Positions 11,780 through 25,081 of a stretch of DNA of 64,000 nt are shown here, piece by piece. The position numbers and the translations under genes were made by a program. Under the pieces are notes generated by a model. It was not told where the DNA came from, made no database searches, and was given only the letters and a program-made list of their open reading frames with translations. Within the stretch, counting starts at the first letter, position 1. The number at the start of each line of letters is the position of its first letter. The stretch comes from Squalus acanthias (taxonomy: Eukaryota): the NCBI GenBank assembly GCA_030390025.1, contig CM059431.1, forward strand, positions 147,188,001-147,252,000. Reading direction: 5' to 3'.

Positions 11780-14700
11780 AGCTTTGAGGGCATTAATCGT
11801 GGTTATTGCTGGGACATGCTGTAATCTGGTCATGATTGGGAGATACATATTCGAGGGTATCTGTTCTGTAGAAAGGATAGGGAGTCTGTAAGAGGAGGAG
11901 GGATAGCCTTAATGATGAAAGGTATATTACAGCATTGGTAAGAGAGGATACAGGTAAGGGAAAATAATCAGCTGAGACTCTGTGGTTGATATTGAGGAAT
12001 AAGCTTGTACTTAACGCTTTAATGGGAGTTTTCTACAGGCATCCCGATAGCATGAATGACGATACAGAATATGTTAATTCAAAGATTAGAGAGGATTATA
12101 GCAAAAGCAGGGATGTTTTAATTTGATACTTTAACTTTCAGATAGAATGTGAAGAGCAGAGTAGCTCAAGTCGGAAAGGTAGTGAATTTATTGAGTCTAT
12201 TCAAGATAGTTTTCTGGAGCAATATGTTGAAGAACCAACAGGAGGGCAAGCCATAGTAGATTTAGTAATGAATAATGAGCCAGTATTATTATTAATCTAA
12301 CAGTAAGAGAACATTATCTAAAAGTAAGCAAAATATGATCGAATGCAATGCTAGATTCTAAAAGGAGAAACGTAACACAATTTTAAGATTCTACTGAAAG
12401 GTGTCAGAGAGAAACCAAGTAATTATAGACCCTTTAGTCTCATATCTGTTGTAGGGAAGTTATTGGAATCAATAATTAAAGACAGCCTGACTGAGCATTT
12501 CGACAATATCGTGCCAATTAGAGAGAGCCAACATGGACTTGTAAATGGGAGGTCATGTCTAACGGACCTATTTGATTTTTTTGAGCAGATAACTGAAGTG
12601 GTAGTGAGGAAAATGTATATTGATATAGTTCATATGGAAACCCAGAAGGCATTCGATAGGGTTCCACATAAGAGACAGTTCGCTCAAATTAAAGTTCATG
12701 GAGTTGAAGGCAAATTATTGACATGGTTAGGATACTGGTTAGGCAGTAGAAGAGAGAGTAGGGATAATGAATATATACTCGTATTGGAAGGAAGTGACTA
12801 TTGGTGTCCCACAAGAATTGTGCTGGGACTTAAACAATTCACTTCATTTATTAATGTCTTCGATAAAAAAATAAGAGAGTCATATATCAAAGTTTGCCGA
12901 TGAAACAAAGGTTGGTGGTAAGTAATGTCAACGGGAACATAATATTTCTAACAGTTATTGATAGATTAAGTGAATGGCAAAACTGTGACAGATGGATTTC
13001 AATACAGGTAAATGTGTGGATATACATCATGAACCAAAAACGATTAGATCTGAGTATTTTGAATGGTGGAAAGATAGGAATAGTGGAGGTCCTAACAGAT
13101 TTAGGGGTCCATGTACACAGATTATTAAAATGTATTAGTCAGATACAAAATAATCAAAATGGCTCATGGAATATTAGCATTTATAAATAGAGAGCTATCA
13201 GGTAAAGGGTAGAATGTTTTGCTACAGCTGTACAAAACCCTGCTGAGGCCACATCTGGAATACTGATTACAGTTCTGGGAACCGCACCTCAGAAAGGATA
13301 TATTGACCTTGTAATGATTACAGCGCAGATTCACCAGAATGTTACCAGGGCTCCAAGTGTTAGACTATTAGGACAGATTACATGAATTAATTATTTCACC
13401 CATTAACCTTCTTTATTGGAATATAGAAAGTTAATAGGTGAGATTAACTAAGTTTCTTTTTCGGATTTTGAAAGGAATAATCCGGGACAAATTTAACAGT
13501 AACTTGGAAAAGTGTGGATTAATTAAGGGGTGGCAGCACGGATTTGTTAAAGGCAAATCGTGTTTAACTAACTTGATTGAATGTTTTTGATGAGGCAAAA
13601 GACAGGCTTGATGAGGGCAATGCGGTTGATGTGGTGTACATGGACTTCCAAAAGGCGCTTGATAAAGAGACACATAATAGTCTTGCCATCAAAGTTGAAG
13701 CGCATGGAATAAAAGCGACAGTGGCAGCATGGATACGAAATTGGCTAATTCACAGGAAACACAGAGTAGTGGTGAACGGTTGTTTTTCGGACTGGGGGAA
13801 GGTACACAGTGGTGTTCCCCAGGGGTCGCTACTATATCCAGTGCTTTCTGATATATATTAATGATTTGGACTTGGGTGTAAATTGCACTATTTCAAATTT
13901 TGCGGATGACAAAAAACTTGGAATTATAGTGAACAGTGAGGAGGACAGAGATAGACTTCAAGAGGACTTATACAGGCTGGTGGAATGGGCGGACACATGG
14001 CAGATGAAGTTTAACGCAGAAAAGTGTGAAATTATATATTTTGGTCGGAAGAACGAGGAGAAGCAATATGAACTAAAGAGTACAATTCTAAAGTGTTTGC
14101 AGGAACAGAGAACCATGGGGATATATGTTGAATCGTTGAAGATGGCAGGCCAGGTTGAGAAAGCGGTTAAAAAAGCTTACGGGATCCTGTGCTTTTTAAA
14201 ATAGCGGTATAGAGTACAAAAGCAAGGAAGTTATGATGAAGCTTTGTAAAACACTGGTTCGGTCACAACTGGAGCATTGTGTCCAATTCTGGGACACCGC
14301 ACTTTAGGAAGGAAGTGAAGGCTTCAGAGAGGGTTCAGAAAATATTTACAGGGATGGTTCCAGGGATGAAGGACTTCAGTTACGTGGATAGACTGGAGAA
14401 ACACGGGTTGTTTTCGCTTGCGCAGAGAAGATTGAAAGCAGATTTCGTGCTGAAAATTATGAGAGGTCCAGACAGAGTAGATAGAGAGAAACTGTTCCCA
14501 TTTGCGGAAGCGTCTAGAACCAGAGGACACAGATTTAAGGTGATTGGCAGAAGAACCAAAGGCGACATGAGGAAAAAGTATTTTACTCAGCGAATGGTTA
14601 TGATCTGTAATGCACTGCCTGAACGGGTGGTGGAGGCAGATTCAATCGTGGCTTTCAAACGGGAATTTGATAAATAACTGAAGGGAAACTAATTGCAGGG

Positions 14701-15152
14701 CTACAAGAAATGGGCGGGGAAGTGGGAACAGTTGAAGTGCTCTTGCAGAGAGCCAGCACCGGATGGACGGACCGAATGGCCTCCTACTGTGCTGTATCGA
14801 TTCTATGATTCTATGACAGGGTGGATAGAAAGGTTTTCCGCTGTCTGGCAAGTCTAGGACAGGGAACAGAACCATTAAATCAGAGAAAGGCCTTTCAAGA
14901 GAGAAGTTAGGAAATACTAATTCACGAAAATGGTGTGGAAGTTTGGAACTCCCTCCCACAAAAAGCAGTAGATGCTGGCGAAATTAATCATTTTAAATCG
15001 GAGATCGATAGGTTTTTGCTAGCCAAGGTTATTAAAGTATATGGAGTGAAGGCGGATAGATATAGTTAGGGCAAAGTTCATCCCTGATCTAATTGAATGG
15101 TGTAGCAGTCTCAAGGGGCAGATTGGTCTATTCCTGTTCCTATGGTTCTATG
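11780..15152 (+). mobile_element. Old CR1 ORF2 remnant, split by a younger CR1 (13478-14816)
   Basis: Decayed EN/RT (QKAFDRVPH at 12463-12903). The sequence breaks at ...ttttgaaaggaat (~13478), resumes gacagggtggataga at ~14816 and ends with the tail cctatggttctatg. Confidence 0.8.
13478..14816 (+). mobile_element. 5'-truncated CR1 (RT + 3'UTR)
   Basis: VDVVYMDFQKA, GVPQGS, NFADDKK, RTRGH motifs. Tail attctatgattctatg at ~14800-14816. Confidence 0.9.
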
Positions 15153-15154
15153 TT

Positions 15155-15550
15155 AAACACACACTCCCTCCATCACTGGTGCACCGTTTCTGCAATGGGT
15201 ACTAACTACAAGATGAACTGCAGCAACTCGCCAAAGCTTCTGTGACAGCACCTCCCGAACCGGCAATCACTGCCATCGAGTAGGACAAGGGCAGCAGATG
15301 CGTGGGAACGCCCACCTTCCAATTCAAGTCACACACCATCCTGACTGGGACATTTTTCTCCGTTCCTTCATCGTCACTGGGTCCAAATCCTGGAAATCCC
15401 TACCTATCAACACTGAGGGAGCACGTTTACCACATGGACTGCAGCGGTTTAAGATGACAGCTCACAGCACCTTCTTAAGGGCAACGACCTTCGGTCAATA
15501 AATGCTGGCCTTGACAGCGAAGCCCGTATCCGAAGAATTAATTCAAAAAT
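15155..15550 (+). mobile_element. LINE family B 3' end
   Basis: Ends aataaatgctggccttgacagcgaagcccgtatcc..aaaaa. Matches the reverse complement of 16710-17110 and 56800-57080. Confidence 0.75.
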
Positions 15551-16709
15551 CGATGCAAATTTTCCGATTTATACCCAGGTTACTTCATTGCAAACAAGAG
15601 GTAGAAGTTCATTGATTTATTTTAGCAATCGCAAATTTGAAATTTGAGCTGATCCTTGCCTTGTCCTGATCCCTGTGGAGGTGATTATTTACCTAGGGAA
15701 TAGAGGAACTCTGGGAAAGGCGGCCGTCTTGTGCGATGGACGCCTTCTCGTTCAATTAGGCAGAATAATCCCACATTATTCCCCCTAAAGTGTCCTTGGT
15801 TTCGATTTGGTTTTTCGCCTCTCACAAGAGCTCACGTGGTTTTGGATAGGGTGTAGAGAGAATATATCGGGCCTGCGGTTGGAGACTTCCTGCGGCAAAA
15901 GCCTCTGAACTACAACTAAAATACGAACCTACCTGCTGCCTCGGGACCTACGCACACTTGCGCTCTAGGGTCTCTACGCGTACGTCTACATAAAGGTCGG
16001 CATATCCCAGGAGCGCATGTGGTTCGCAAGTGTCTCTGGGATCATGTGGGCCGGCCCAACCAATCAAAAAGAGGGATTCCCCTTATTCTCATGGGGATAC
16101 ATTTCCATACGGAATCTCCATAAATATAATAGAAATCATCCAAAATAATTTTTCACAAAACTGAAATAAAAATAAATTATTACATGTTGAAAATTAATAA
16201 AAGTACCACCTTTTTGACACAAAAGACAAATTTAAACTAAAATTTTTTTTTGCAAAATAAATTTAAACATTTTTAACGTTTCTGAAAATAACCTAACCTA
16301 ATTTTTAAGGTGTTTTCTGTTTAAATAATTGCTAAAATATTTATTGAAATCCTTTTGCTGTTAAAAGAAGTGCTTACGCTTTATATTTACCAGGCGGAAG
16401 TGTTTCTCGGGCATTTGCTGGTCATGAGTTGGGCTAAAAACCCACTCTCCGCCAGTGAATGTCCATTACCCCGGGATTGGTAGGATCTGTCAAGCTGAAA
16501 CTGGACGTGGCCTGTGGAAACCCAGAATGTGCGAGGCGTGTCTGCGGTCAGAGGCCCCGGAAAATCCGGGCCAATGTGATACATCAGCATCCTCATTATT
16601 CTGAGAACTTGCTGTTCATATCAAACTGATTAGTTAGTTATGCATTTTACTGCATTTCTTCTTGTTCCGTAGAAGTTCAGTAAAACAGACACATCGTCAG
16701 AAATATACC

Positions 16710-18445
16710 TTTTTATTTATTCGCAGAATGTGGGCGTCGCTGGCTAATTCAGCATTTACTGCCCATCCCTAACTGCCCTTGAGAAGGTGGTGGTGAGCTG
16801 CTTTCTAGAACTGTTGCAGTCCGTGAGGTGAAGGTAATCGCACAGTGCTGTTAGTGATAGAGCTTCAGGATTTTGACCCAATGACGTTGAAGGATCGGCG
16901 ATATATTTCAAAGTCAGGATGGCCTATCACTTGGAGGGGAACTTGGAGGTGGTGGTGTTCCCATGCGCCTGTTGCCTTGAGCTTCTAGGTTGTAGGGGTC
17001 GCGGGTTAGGGAGGTGCTTTAAATAAGCCTTGGCGAGTTGCAGCAGTACATCTTGTATGTGGTACACATGGTGCGGCGCTGGTGGAGGGATTGAATGTTT
17101 AATGTGGTGGATAGGGGTGCCAATCAAGCGGGATACTTTATATTGGATCGTTTCGAGTTTTCTGACTCTTGTTAGAGCTGCACTGATCCAGGCAAGTGGA
17201 CGGTATGCTTTCGCACTCCTGACTTGTGCCTTGTAGATGGTGGAAAGGCTTTGGAGTCAGGAGGTGAGTCACTCGTCACAGAATACACAGCCCCTGTCCT
17301 GCTTTTGCAGCTGCAGTATTTATGTGGCTGGTCCAGTTAAGTTTCTGGTCAATGGTGACCCCCCATGATGTTGATGGAGGGGGAATCAGCGATGGTAAAG
17401 CCGTTGAATGTCATGAGGCTGTGGTAAGACTCTCTCTTGTTGAATATGGTCATTGCCTGGCATTTGTTGGCGCAAATGTTACTTGCTAGTTACAAGCCCA
17501 AACTTGAAGGTTGTCCAGGTCTTGCTGAATGCGGGAAAGGAGAACTTCATTATCTGAGGAGTTGCGAATGAAGCTGAGCACTGTGCAATTTCAGCGAGCA
17601 TTCCCACTTCTGACCTTATGATGGAGGGAAGGTCATTGATGAAGCGGATGAAGATGTTTGGGCCTAGGACACTGCCCTGAGGAACTCTTGCAGCGATGTC
17701 CTGGGGCTATGATGATTGACCTCCAACAGCCACAACTATCTTCCTTTGTGCTAGGTGCGACTCCAGCCAGTGGAGAGTTTTCCCCTGATTCCCATTGACC
17801 TCCATTTTTCGAGAGATCCTTGATGTCACACTCGGTTAAATGTTGCCTTGATGTCTATGGCAATCACTCTCACCTCACCTCTGGAATTCAGCTCCTTTGT
17901 CCATGTTTGAACCAAGGCTGTAATGAGGTCGGCAGCCGAGTGGTCCTGTCAGAACCCAAACTAAGCATCGGTGAGAAGGTTATTGGTGAGTAACTGCCGT
18001 TTGATAGCACTGTCGACGATACCTTCCATCACTTTGCTGCTGATTGAGAGTAGAATGATGGTGCGGTATTTGGCCGGGTTGGATTTGTCCAGCTTTTTGT
18101 GGACAGGACACAGAGGTGCAGTTTCCCACATTGTCGGATAGATACCAGTGTTGTAGCTGTTCTTGAACAGCTTGACTAGAGGCGCGGCTAGTTCTGGAGC
18201 ACAAGTCTTCATCACAGCAACCGGGATGTTGTCGGGGCCTATAGCCTTTGCTCTATCCAGTGCGCTCAACCGTTTCTTGATATCACGTGCAGTGAATCGA
18301 ATTGGCTGAAGACTGGCTTCTGCAATGGTGGGGACCTCAGGAGGAGGCCGAGATGGATCATCCACTCGGCTCTTCTGGCTAAAAATTGCAGCAAACGCTT
18401 CAGCCTTGTCTTATGCACTTGTATTTTGGGCTCCAACAACATTGA
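16710..18445 (-). mobile_element. 5'-truncated LINE family B (CR1-group RT, clade not assigned)
   Basis: ORF 17961-18365 (KAIGPDNIP, PVHKKLDKSNPAKYR, NNLLTDA), followed by decayed RT and a 3'UTR/poly(A)-like end at ~16710. Confidence 0.88.
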
Positions 18446-18459
18446 AACAAAGAGTGACC

Positions 18460-18753
18460 GACACTCGGAGCGGACTCCCGGGTAAATCAGTGGAGGGGAA
18501 ACTCTGGAAACATTGAAGAAATGATTGAGGCTGACACTCGGAGCGGACTCCCGGGTAAATCAGTGGAGGGGAAACTCTGGACACATTGAAGAAATGATTG
18601 ATGCTGACACTTGTTATGGACTCCCGGGTACATCAGTGGAGGGGAATCTCTGGACAAATTGAAGAAATGATTGATGCTGACACTTGGAGCGGACTCCCAG
18701 GTAAAATCAGTGGAGTGGAAACTCTGGACACAATGAAGAAATGATTGATGCTG
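18460..18753. repeat. Tandem repeat, 4 x 73 bp
   Basis: ACACT.. unit starts at 18461, 18534, 18607, 18680 (gacactcggagcggactcccgggtaaatcagtggaggggaaactctgg..gaagaaatgattgatgct). Confidence 0.93.
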
Positions 18754-19759
18754 CGAGTGAGGTCAGGTTGGAATGAAGCCACAAGGTCTCGATCACCTGC
18801 GAGGTCCGGAACTGCAGCTGAATTTTCCTCCCCTACTGCCGGCGTTCGGCCATGACAGGAATCGCGACTGGGTTGTGTGGGTTAAGAGTGGGGGGTATTG
18901 GCGGGAGCTGGTGTCGGCCTGGGACGTGTAAATGGTCGGGACTGCAAAACTCGGCCTTTTAATTGAATACCAGGTTACCAATTATTAAACCCGACAAACC
19001 GAAGACTGTTGAACAACAGGGCGCAGACAGAGCAGGTGCACGGCAGGGGGTCATAAACCATTGGGATCCTTCCTGCCCTCACAGAATAACCAGTCTCCAG
19101 AATGATTAATAGTGACCGGCTTATTAACAGCAAATACACTGCGGGATAATGATCCCCAATGGAACTCATTAAAGCTGCAAAACCCACAGCTTTAAAGGGT
19201 CCGTTTCCTTCCCTCCCAGGCCCAGTGTTTCTGCTCGGCCTGTGACAAGAGTGAATTGTAAAAAAACCCACATTGTTATTAAGATCTCATCGACAAACAC
19301 ACCATCAACTACAATGACATACGGAGCAATACAGACAGATCCTGTATTAATTTCACACTCACTCACACTGCCTTTGACAATATTGTGTAACATGAGACAA
19401 TTAAACCACCTTAAACTGCCCCACGTTGCCGCCCTCGCTCACTGGATGGTCCCGACCCTTCTCCGGATGCAAAGTTCGCCATTATTTTCAGACTTCTATT
19501 TGCTGTCTACGATAAATATATATTTTTTACCGTCGTCCAGCTCATCAAGAACCTCAGCACAAGTATTTCACACGGCCCCTCTACCGATTCTTAAGACTCC
19601 CGTTGATAGATGCTCTCGATCAATTCTCTGTAAGGTCTTTTCCCTGGCAGAGTTTCCCGTCTCTGCTCCGCCCAGGTGGTGATTGAATCTGACTGTAGAG
19701 ACAGAGTGAGATGGATCGACAGACAGGAATTTTTTGTAACATCTTTGCATTTGTTTGCT

Positions 19760-20325
19760 CCATACTCGATTATTCCAATATTCACCTGGCCGTCCTCCCA
19801 TCTTCCACCCTCTACAAGCTTCAGCACTTAAAAAACTCTGCTGCCCGTGTCCTAACTCACACCAGGTCCGGTTCACCATCACCCCCTGTGCTCGCTGGCC
19901 TACATTGCTTCCCGGTCCAGCAACAACTCGATTTAAATTTCTTGTGTTGTATCCATCCATGGATCGCTTATATCATCTCTGACACCTCCTCCAGCCCGAA
20001 AATCTTCCCAGAACTCCGCATTCCTCAGATTCTGCCACCTTCCGAATCCCGATTTCCTTCACTCCAACATTGTCTGCCGTGCCTTCAGCCGGCTGGGCCC
20101 CAAGCTCTGGCAGTCCCTCCCTGTACCTCTCCATTGTTTCACCTTTCTCTCCGCATTGAAGACGCGCCTTCAAACCTACCTCTTTGACCAAGCTTTTGGT
20201 CACTTGCCCTAACGTCTCCATATGTTGCTCGGTGTCAAATTGTGTCCGCTCTCGCTCCTGTGAGGCGCCGTGTGACGTTTCACTACGTTAAAACAGCTAT
20301 ATGGATGCAAATTGTCGTTGCTTTT
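19760..20325 (+). mobile_element. L2 LINE 3' fragment
   Basis: LDYSN..LPSSTLYKLQHLKNSAARVLT...PVLAGLH is the L2 RT C-terminus. L2-type tail tgtgaggcgcc..gacgtttcactacgttaaa..gctata..tgcaaattgtcgttg. Confidence 0.85.
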
Positions 20326-20642
20326 ATGAAGCAGAGCGACAGAGCGATGGAGCGGTAGTGAGACGGAGATACAAGGAAAGAGACAGAAATAGATTGAAAT
20401 ATAGAGACAAAAGTTGGAGCAAAAGCGTGCCCCTGTGTGCGTGAGAGAGACTTCCAATTCTCTGAATTTGTTCCATTCGCCCTGTGATACTTTAGGTCAC
20501 TGGGTCCTGTGGAGAGGGAGACGGATGGCCCAGCGAAAGTTTGTTGATCTGTGGGACTCAGGAGGTTCAATATCAAACGAACTTCCTTCCTAAAATGATC
20601 ATAGACTGAATTCTGGGACCAGAAATCAATTTGGACAACACA

Positions 20643-21640
20643 GAGTCATAGAGTCATAACGGCACAGAAGGAGGCCATCGGCCCATCGAGTCCGTGCCGG
20701 CTCTCTGTAGAGCAATCCAATCAGTCCCATTCCCCCGCTCTCTGCCGTAGCCCTGCAAGTTGATTACCCTCAAGCTCCTATCCAGTCTCCCCTTAAAAAC
20801 ATTGAGAGTCTCCACTTCCACCAATTCCGTCGGCAGCGAGTTCCAGGTCCTCACCACTCGCTGTGTAAAAATGTTTTTCCTCAAAGGCCCCCTGTATCAC
20901 TTGCCCAAAACCTTAAATCTGTGTCCGCTAGCCCGTATACCATCAACTGGTGGGAACAGCCTTTCCCCGTCTTGCCTTTCCAAACCCGTCATAATCTTGT
21001 ACACCTCTATCAAATCAACCCTCAACTTCCTTTACTCTAATGTAAACAAATCCAGCTTCTTCAATCTGTCCTTGTAGCTAAGATCTCCCATCCCCGAAAC
21101 CAATCTCGTAAATCTCCTCTGCATCCTCTCAAAGGCATTCACATCCTTCCTAAATTTTGGTGACCAGAACTGGACGCAATACTCCAGTTGTGGCCTAACC
21201 AGCGCTTTATAAAGGTTCAGCATAACTTCACTACTTCTGTACTCAATACCTCTATTTATGAAGCCCAAGATCCGATATGCTTTGTTAACCACTCTCACCT
21301 TATGTCCTGCCACCTTCAGGGACCTATGCACATTAACTCCCTCTGTCCCTATACAATCTTTAAAACTGTGCCAATAAGTGCATATTGCTTCTCCCTGCTC
21401 CTTCTGCGAAAATGCATCACCTCACACTTCTCTGTATCAAATTCCATCTGCCACTTATCTGTTCATTCTGCTAGCCTTTCTATGTCTTGTTGCAATCGAT
21501 AGGTATCATACTCACTGTTTGCCACACCCCCAAGTTTGGTGTCATTGGCACATTTAGAAATTCTACTCTGTATTCCGATATTCAGATCATTATTATATAT
21601 TTTTAAAAATGGCCCCAGGACTGAACCTTGGGGAACACCC
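20643..21640 (-). mobile_element. 5'-truncated CR1
   Basis: LVRPQLEYCVQFWSP and FTQRVVRTWNSLP. Tail gagtcatagagtcata at ~20643. Confidence 0.9.
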
Positions 21641-21739
21641 AAATAGTGCGTGATGCTTACACATTTAAGGATTTCTGTCCTGTATTCATACCATGCTTTA
21701 CGTGAGATGAGGTGCTTCGTTCGGTAGTGTCAGGAAAGG

Positions 21740-22200
21740 TATACGCTACATTGGGCACATGCTGTATCTGAGGTCACTGTGCTTGATTAATGACTGTACG
21801 TTGAGATTTATATTCTACCTAATCCCTGTCTACGTGGCCTGTGAGTTTTTGATGGGACAGTGTTGAAGGACCTTATTATGTTTCTAACCCGTGTTGTACC
21901 TGCGCTGAATGGAGGATGGATCAATATCGAGGGAGCTTTATTCTGTTTCTGACCCGTGCTGTTCCTTACCTGGGAGTGTTTGATGGTACAGTGTATAGAG
22001 AGTTTTACACTCTATCTACCACTGCTGGACCTGACGTGGCAATGTTTGATGGGCAGTTTAAGTATGCTTTACACTGCAAGTTACCCGTGCTGCACCTGAC
22101 CTAGGAGTGATTGATGAGACGTTGTGGAGGTAGTTATCCTCTGCATGTACCTCGTGCTGTAACGTAACCGCGAATGTTTGATGGGACATTGTAGTTATGC
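21740..22200. repeat. Degenerate 67-bp minisatellite, block A
   Basis: Units resemble gtatctaacccgtgctgtacctgccctgggagtgtttgatgggacagtgtagagggagctttactct. Confidence 0.8.
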
Positions 22201-22607
22201 ACATGATTTCACCTCTATTATTGTTCCAATGGCCCAACGCATTGATAGACCTGATGATCCTTCCACATTGCCTCTGAGGCCTCTTCCTGATAAAAGGGAG
22301 CAGACTGGGTTTAGAATACAATGCAGCTTGTTATATCTTCAACCAAGCTCCATTACCTCAAACTGCCTTCCACTGCCAAGGCAAGACCGAGACACACTGC
22401 CTGATATTATGCTAGGGAGAATTTGGCGTATATAAATCAAAAGGTGAACATTGAATAGTGGGTGTCCATTTATGGAGGGTGGGCGGGATATGCTTAAGGG
22501 GCAATTTTGAGAGGCTGTGCTCCTTGCCTGGTGTCTCAGTACATGGGAACGGGGTCGGAGACAGGACTGAATGTACAACGTGTGTTTATTCCCAGTGAGA
22601 CTGCACA

Positions 22608-22816
22608 TCAGGAGCAGAGTATGGTCATGTGATCTGTGACACCTCGACTGGGCGGAGCTACGGCTGCTTTGTGACATTGTTACTGGCTGCTGTATGATTG
22701 GCTCCTGGCTCTATTGTGATGTCACCTGGAGATAGGTTGCCGCCCCTGGTTACTCACCATCAGTGGTGTGTTGCTGTGGGCGGAGCTGGCGTTCGCAGCA
22801 GATATTGCGAGTGAGT
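22608..22816 (+). promoter_or_regulatory. Promoter-like segment (GC boxes, reverse CCAAT) ending in a GTGAGT donor-like site, copy A
   Basis: gggcggagct occurs twice (~22650, ~22778), gattggct at ~22696, gcgaGTGAGT at ~22811. Homologous to 23946-24005 plus 26168-26312. Confidence 0.4.
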
Positions 22817-23369
22817 ATAGCCCCTATAAATAGGGACAAGGAAAGAAAAGAACAATTTATCATTAACTAAATATTTAACTAAATGACATTCAATTTAAAT
22901 ATATTCAAACTAAATATATTGATAGCCGCAAAATTACTCGCATTGTATTCCGATCGCAGTTTATGGAATTAAACTTAACTATAGTTAATAGTTTATTGGA
23001 GTCAGCAGAATCTCAGGAAGGTGGAGAGAGAGTGAGAGAGAAGTCGAAACATCACAACATTACCTGGGACCAGACAAACATCATTGGGTTCACAAAACAG
23101 AACTGGAGGTATCATTACCTCCAGATTCAAAAACTGGAAAATACAGAAAGCTTCAGCAATGATTGGAAGGATGAGGAACTTTCCTAAGAATCCAATCAGT
23201 CCAGGATTTTGCCGAGGAAAGAGTCGAACCCGGTATCGGCAGCTGTTCAACATTTGCCGTAAGGCTCGGCCTTTGATGCGGATATTTGACTGGTGATTCA
23301 TCGTGTGCGAAAATTGTCCATAACTCACCTGGGAGCGCTTCGAAATTACAAGGAGACGGCATTTGATCC

Positions 23370-23860
23370 TGTAACCGTACCGTGCTGTACGGTTGGTTTG
23401 TTTAATTGGATAGTGTCAGAGGAGCTTTACGCTGCATTGAGCACATGCTGTATCTGAGCTGACTGTGCTTGATGAACCAAAATACAGCGAGATTTACATT
23501 GTATTTAATCCCTATCGTACCTGCCCTGGGAATATTTGATGGAACAGTAGAACGGAAGCTATACTCTGTATTTAACCCGGGCTGTACCTTCCCTGGGAGT
23601 GTTTGATTAGACATTGTGGCGGGAGCTTCACTCTATATATAGTCCGTGCTGTATCTGCTCTGGGAGTGTTTGATGGAACATTGTAGAGGGAGCTTTACTC
23701 TGTATCTAACGCGTGCTGTATCTGCTCTGGGAGTGTTTGATGGAACATTGTAGAGGGAGCTTTACTCTGTATCTAACCCATGAGTTACCTGCCCAGGGAG
23801 TGTCAGGTGGTACAGTGTTGAGGGAATTTTTCCCTATATCTTAACCGTGCTCTTCCTAAC
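23370..23860. repeat. 67-bp minisatellite, block B
   Basis: gggagtgtttga at 23662 and 23729 (period 67), about 7 units. Confidence 0.88.
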
Positions 23861-24619
23861 CCGATGATTCAACAACTTGATGCCACAGATGATCCCTTCA
23901 ATTATTGTCTCTCTTGCTCTTTCTTGTTAAAACGGAAGTCACAACAGGAGCAGAGCCTGGTCATGTGATCCTGGAACACATCAGTGGGAGGGGCTCTGGC
24001 TGTTTATTAGTCATAGAGTCATAGAGTTATACAGCACAGAAAGAGGTACTTCGGCCCATCGTGTCCGCGCCGGGCATCAAGCCCTGTCTATTCTAAACCC
24101 ATTTTCCAGCACTTGGTCCGTAGCCTTGTATGCTATGGCGTTTCAAGTGCTCATCTAAATGCTTCTTGAATGTTGTGATGTTTCCTGCCTCTACCACTCT
24201 TTCAGGCAGTGATTTCCAGATTCCAACTACCCTCTGGGTGAAAAAGTTTTCCTCAAATCCCCTCTAAACCTTCTGCCCCTTACCTTGAAGATAGGCCCCC
24301 TGGTTATTGACCCCTCTACTAAGGGGAACAATTCCTTTCTATATACCCTATCTAAGCCCCTCATAATTTTGTACATCTCAATCAGGTCCCCCCTCAGCCT
24401 TTTCCACTCGAAGGAAAACAACCCCAGCCTGTCCAATATCTCTTCATAGCTGAAGCGCTCCAGCCCAGGCAACATCCTGGTGAATCTCCTCTGCACCCTC
24501 TCCAATGCAATCGCATCCTTCCCATAATGTGGTGACCAGAACTGCACACAGTATTCCAGCTGTGGCCTAACTTGCGTTTTTTACAGCTCCATCATAACCT
24601 CCCTGCTCTTATATTCTAT

Positions 24620-25081
24620 TGAGAGGTCGCACAACACCAGGTTATAGTCCAACAGTTTTATTTGAAATCACAAGCTTTCGGAGCTATCGCTCCTTCCTCA
24701 GGTGAAGTAAATTGGATACAGAATCGCCAGAGCATATATAGATGGAAAAAAAAGCATGTGTACTTTACAATTGCAGACCAATAAATTAAATCATCCTGAC
24801 TATCTGCCGAGGTGTGATAAAGTTAATTAAGTCAGCCAGGAAGGTACCACATCAAAAGACATAGCAAGATACAACTGAGACAATGAGGTGTAGTCGCAGG
24901 GGTTCCAACGTGTCAAAAGCTGCCGTCTGTATGTAAAACGAAAAGCTTTAAAAAAAAATTACTTTTTTACTGGGAAAATGTTTACTTTTTTACTGGGAAT
25001 CACATCTGTGAACAAGCTAACGACGACTCGAGTCCGGATCACGTCATGTATCGTGACATAAACCCAAGATCCCGATTGAGA
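24620..25081 (-). mobile_element. 5'-truncated Penelope-like element (ORF C-terminus + pLTR) with 12-bp TSD
   Basis: Flanked by cttatattctat (24608-24619) and cttatattcgat (25082-25093). The minus strand opens with LNRDLGFMSRYM, typical of the PLE ORF end, and carries a hammerhead motif plus AATAAA near its 3' end. Confidence 0.82.
24668..24705 (-). ncRNA. Minimal type I hammerhead ribozyme
   Basis: Minus strand reads UCAC-CUGAGGA-A-GGAGC(GAUA)GCUCC-GAAA-GC-UU-GUGA: intact core, 5-bp stem II, 4-bp stem I, palindromic AGCU stem III. Confidence 0.75.

Noticed and set aside
15870-16575. MITE/non-autonomous DNA transposon (ggaaaatccgggcc end)
   Set aside because: Only one candidate terminus; no matching TIR or TSD found.
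15155-17110. Long inverted repeat as a functional hairpin
   Set aside because: Explained by two independent, oppositely oriented family B 3' ends.
18460-18753. CRISPR-like array
   Set aside because: Units are head-to-tail with no unique spacers; eukaryotic context with no cas genes.
18980-19240. Possible conserved non-coding element (TAAT-rich unique sequence)
   Set aside because: No evidence without cross-species alignment.
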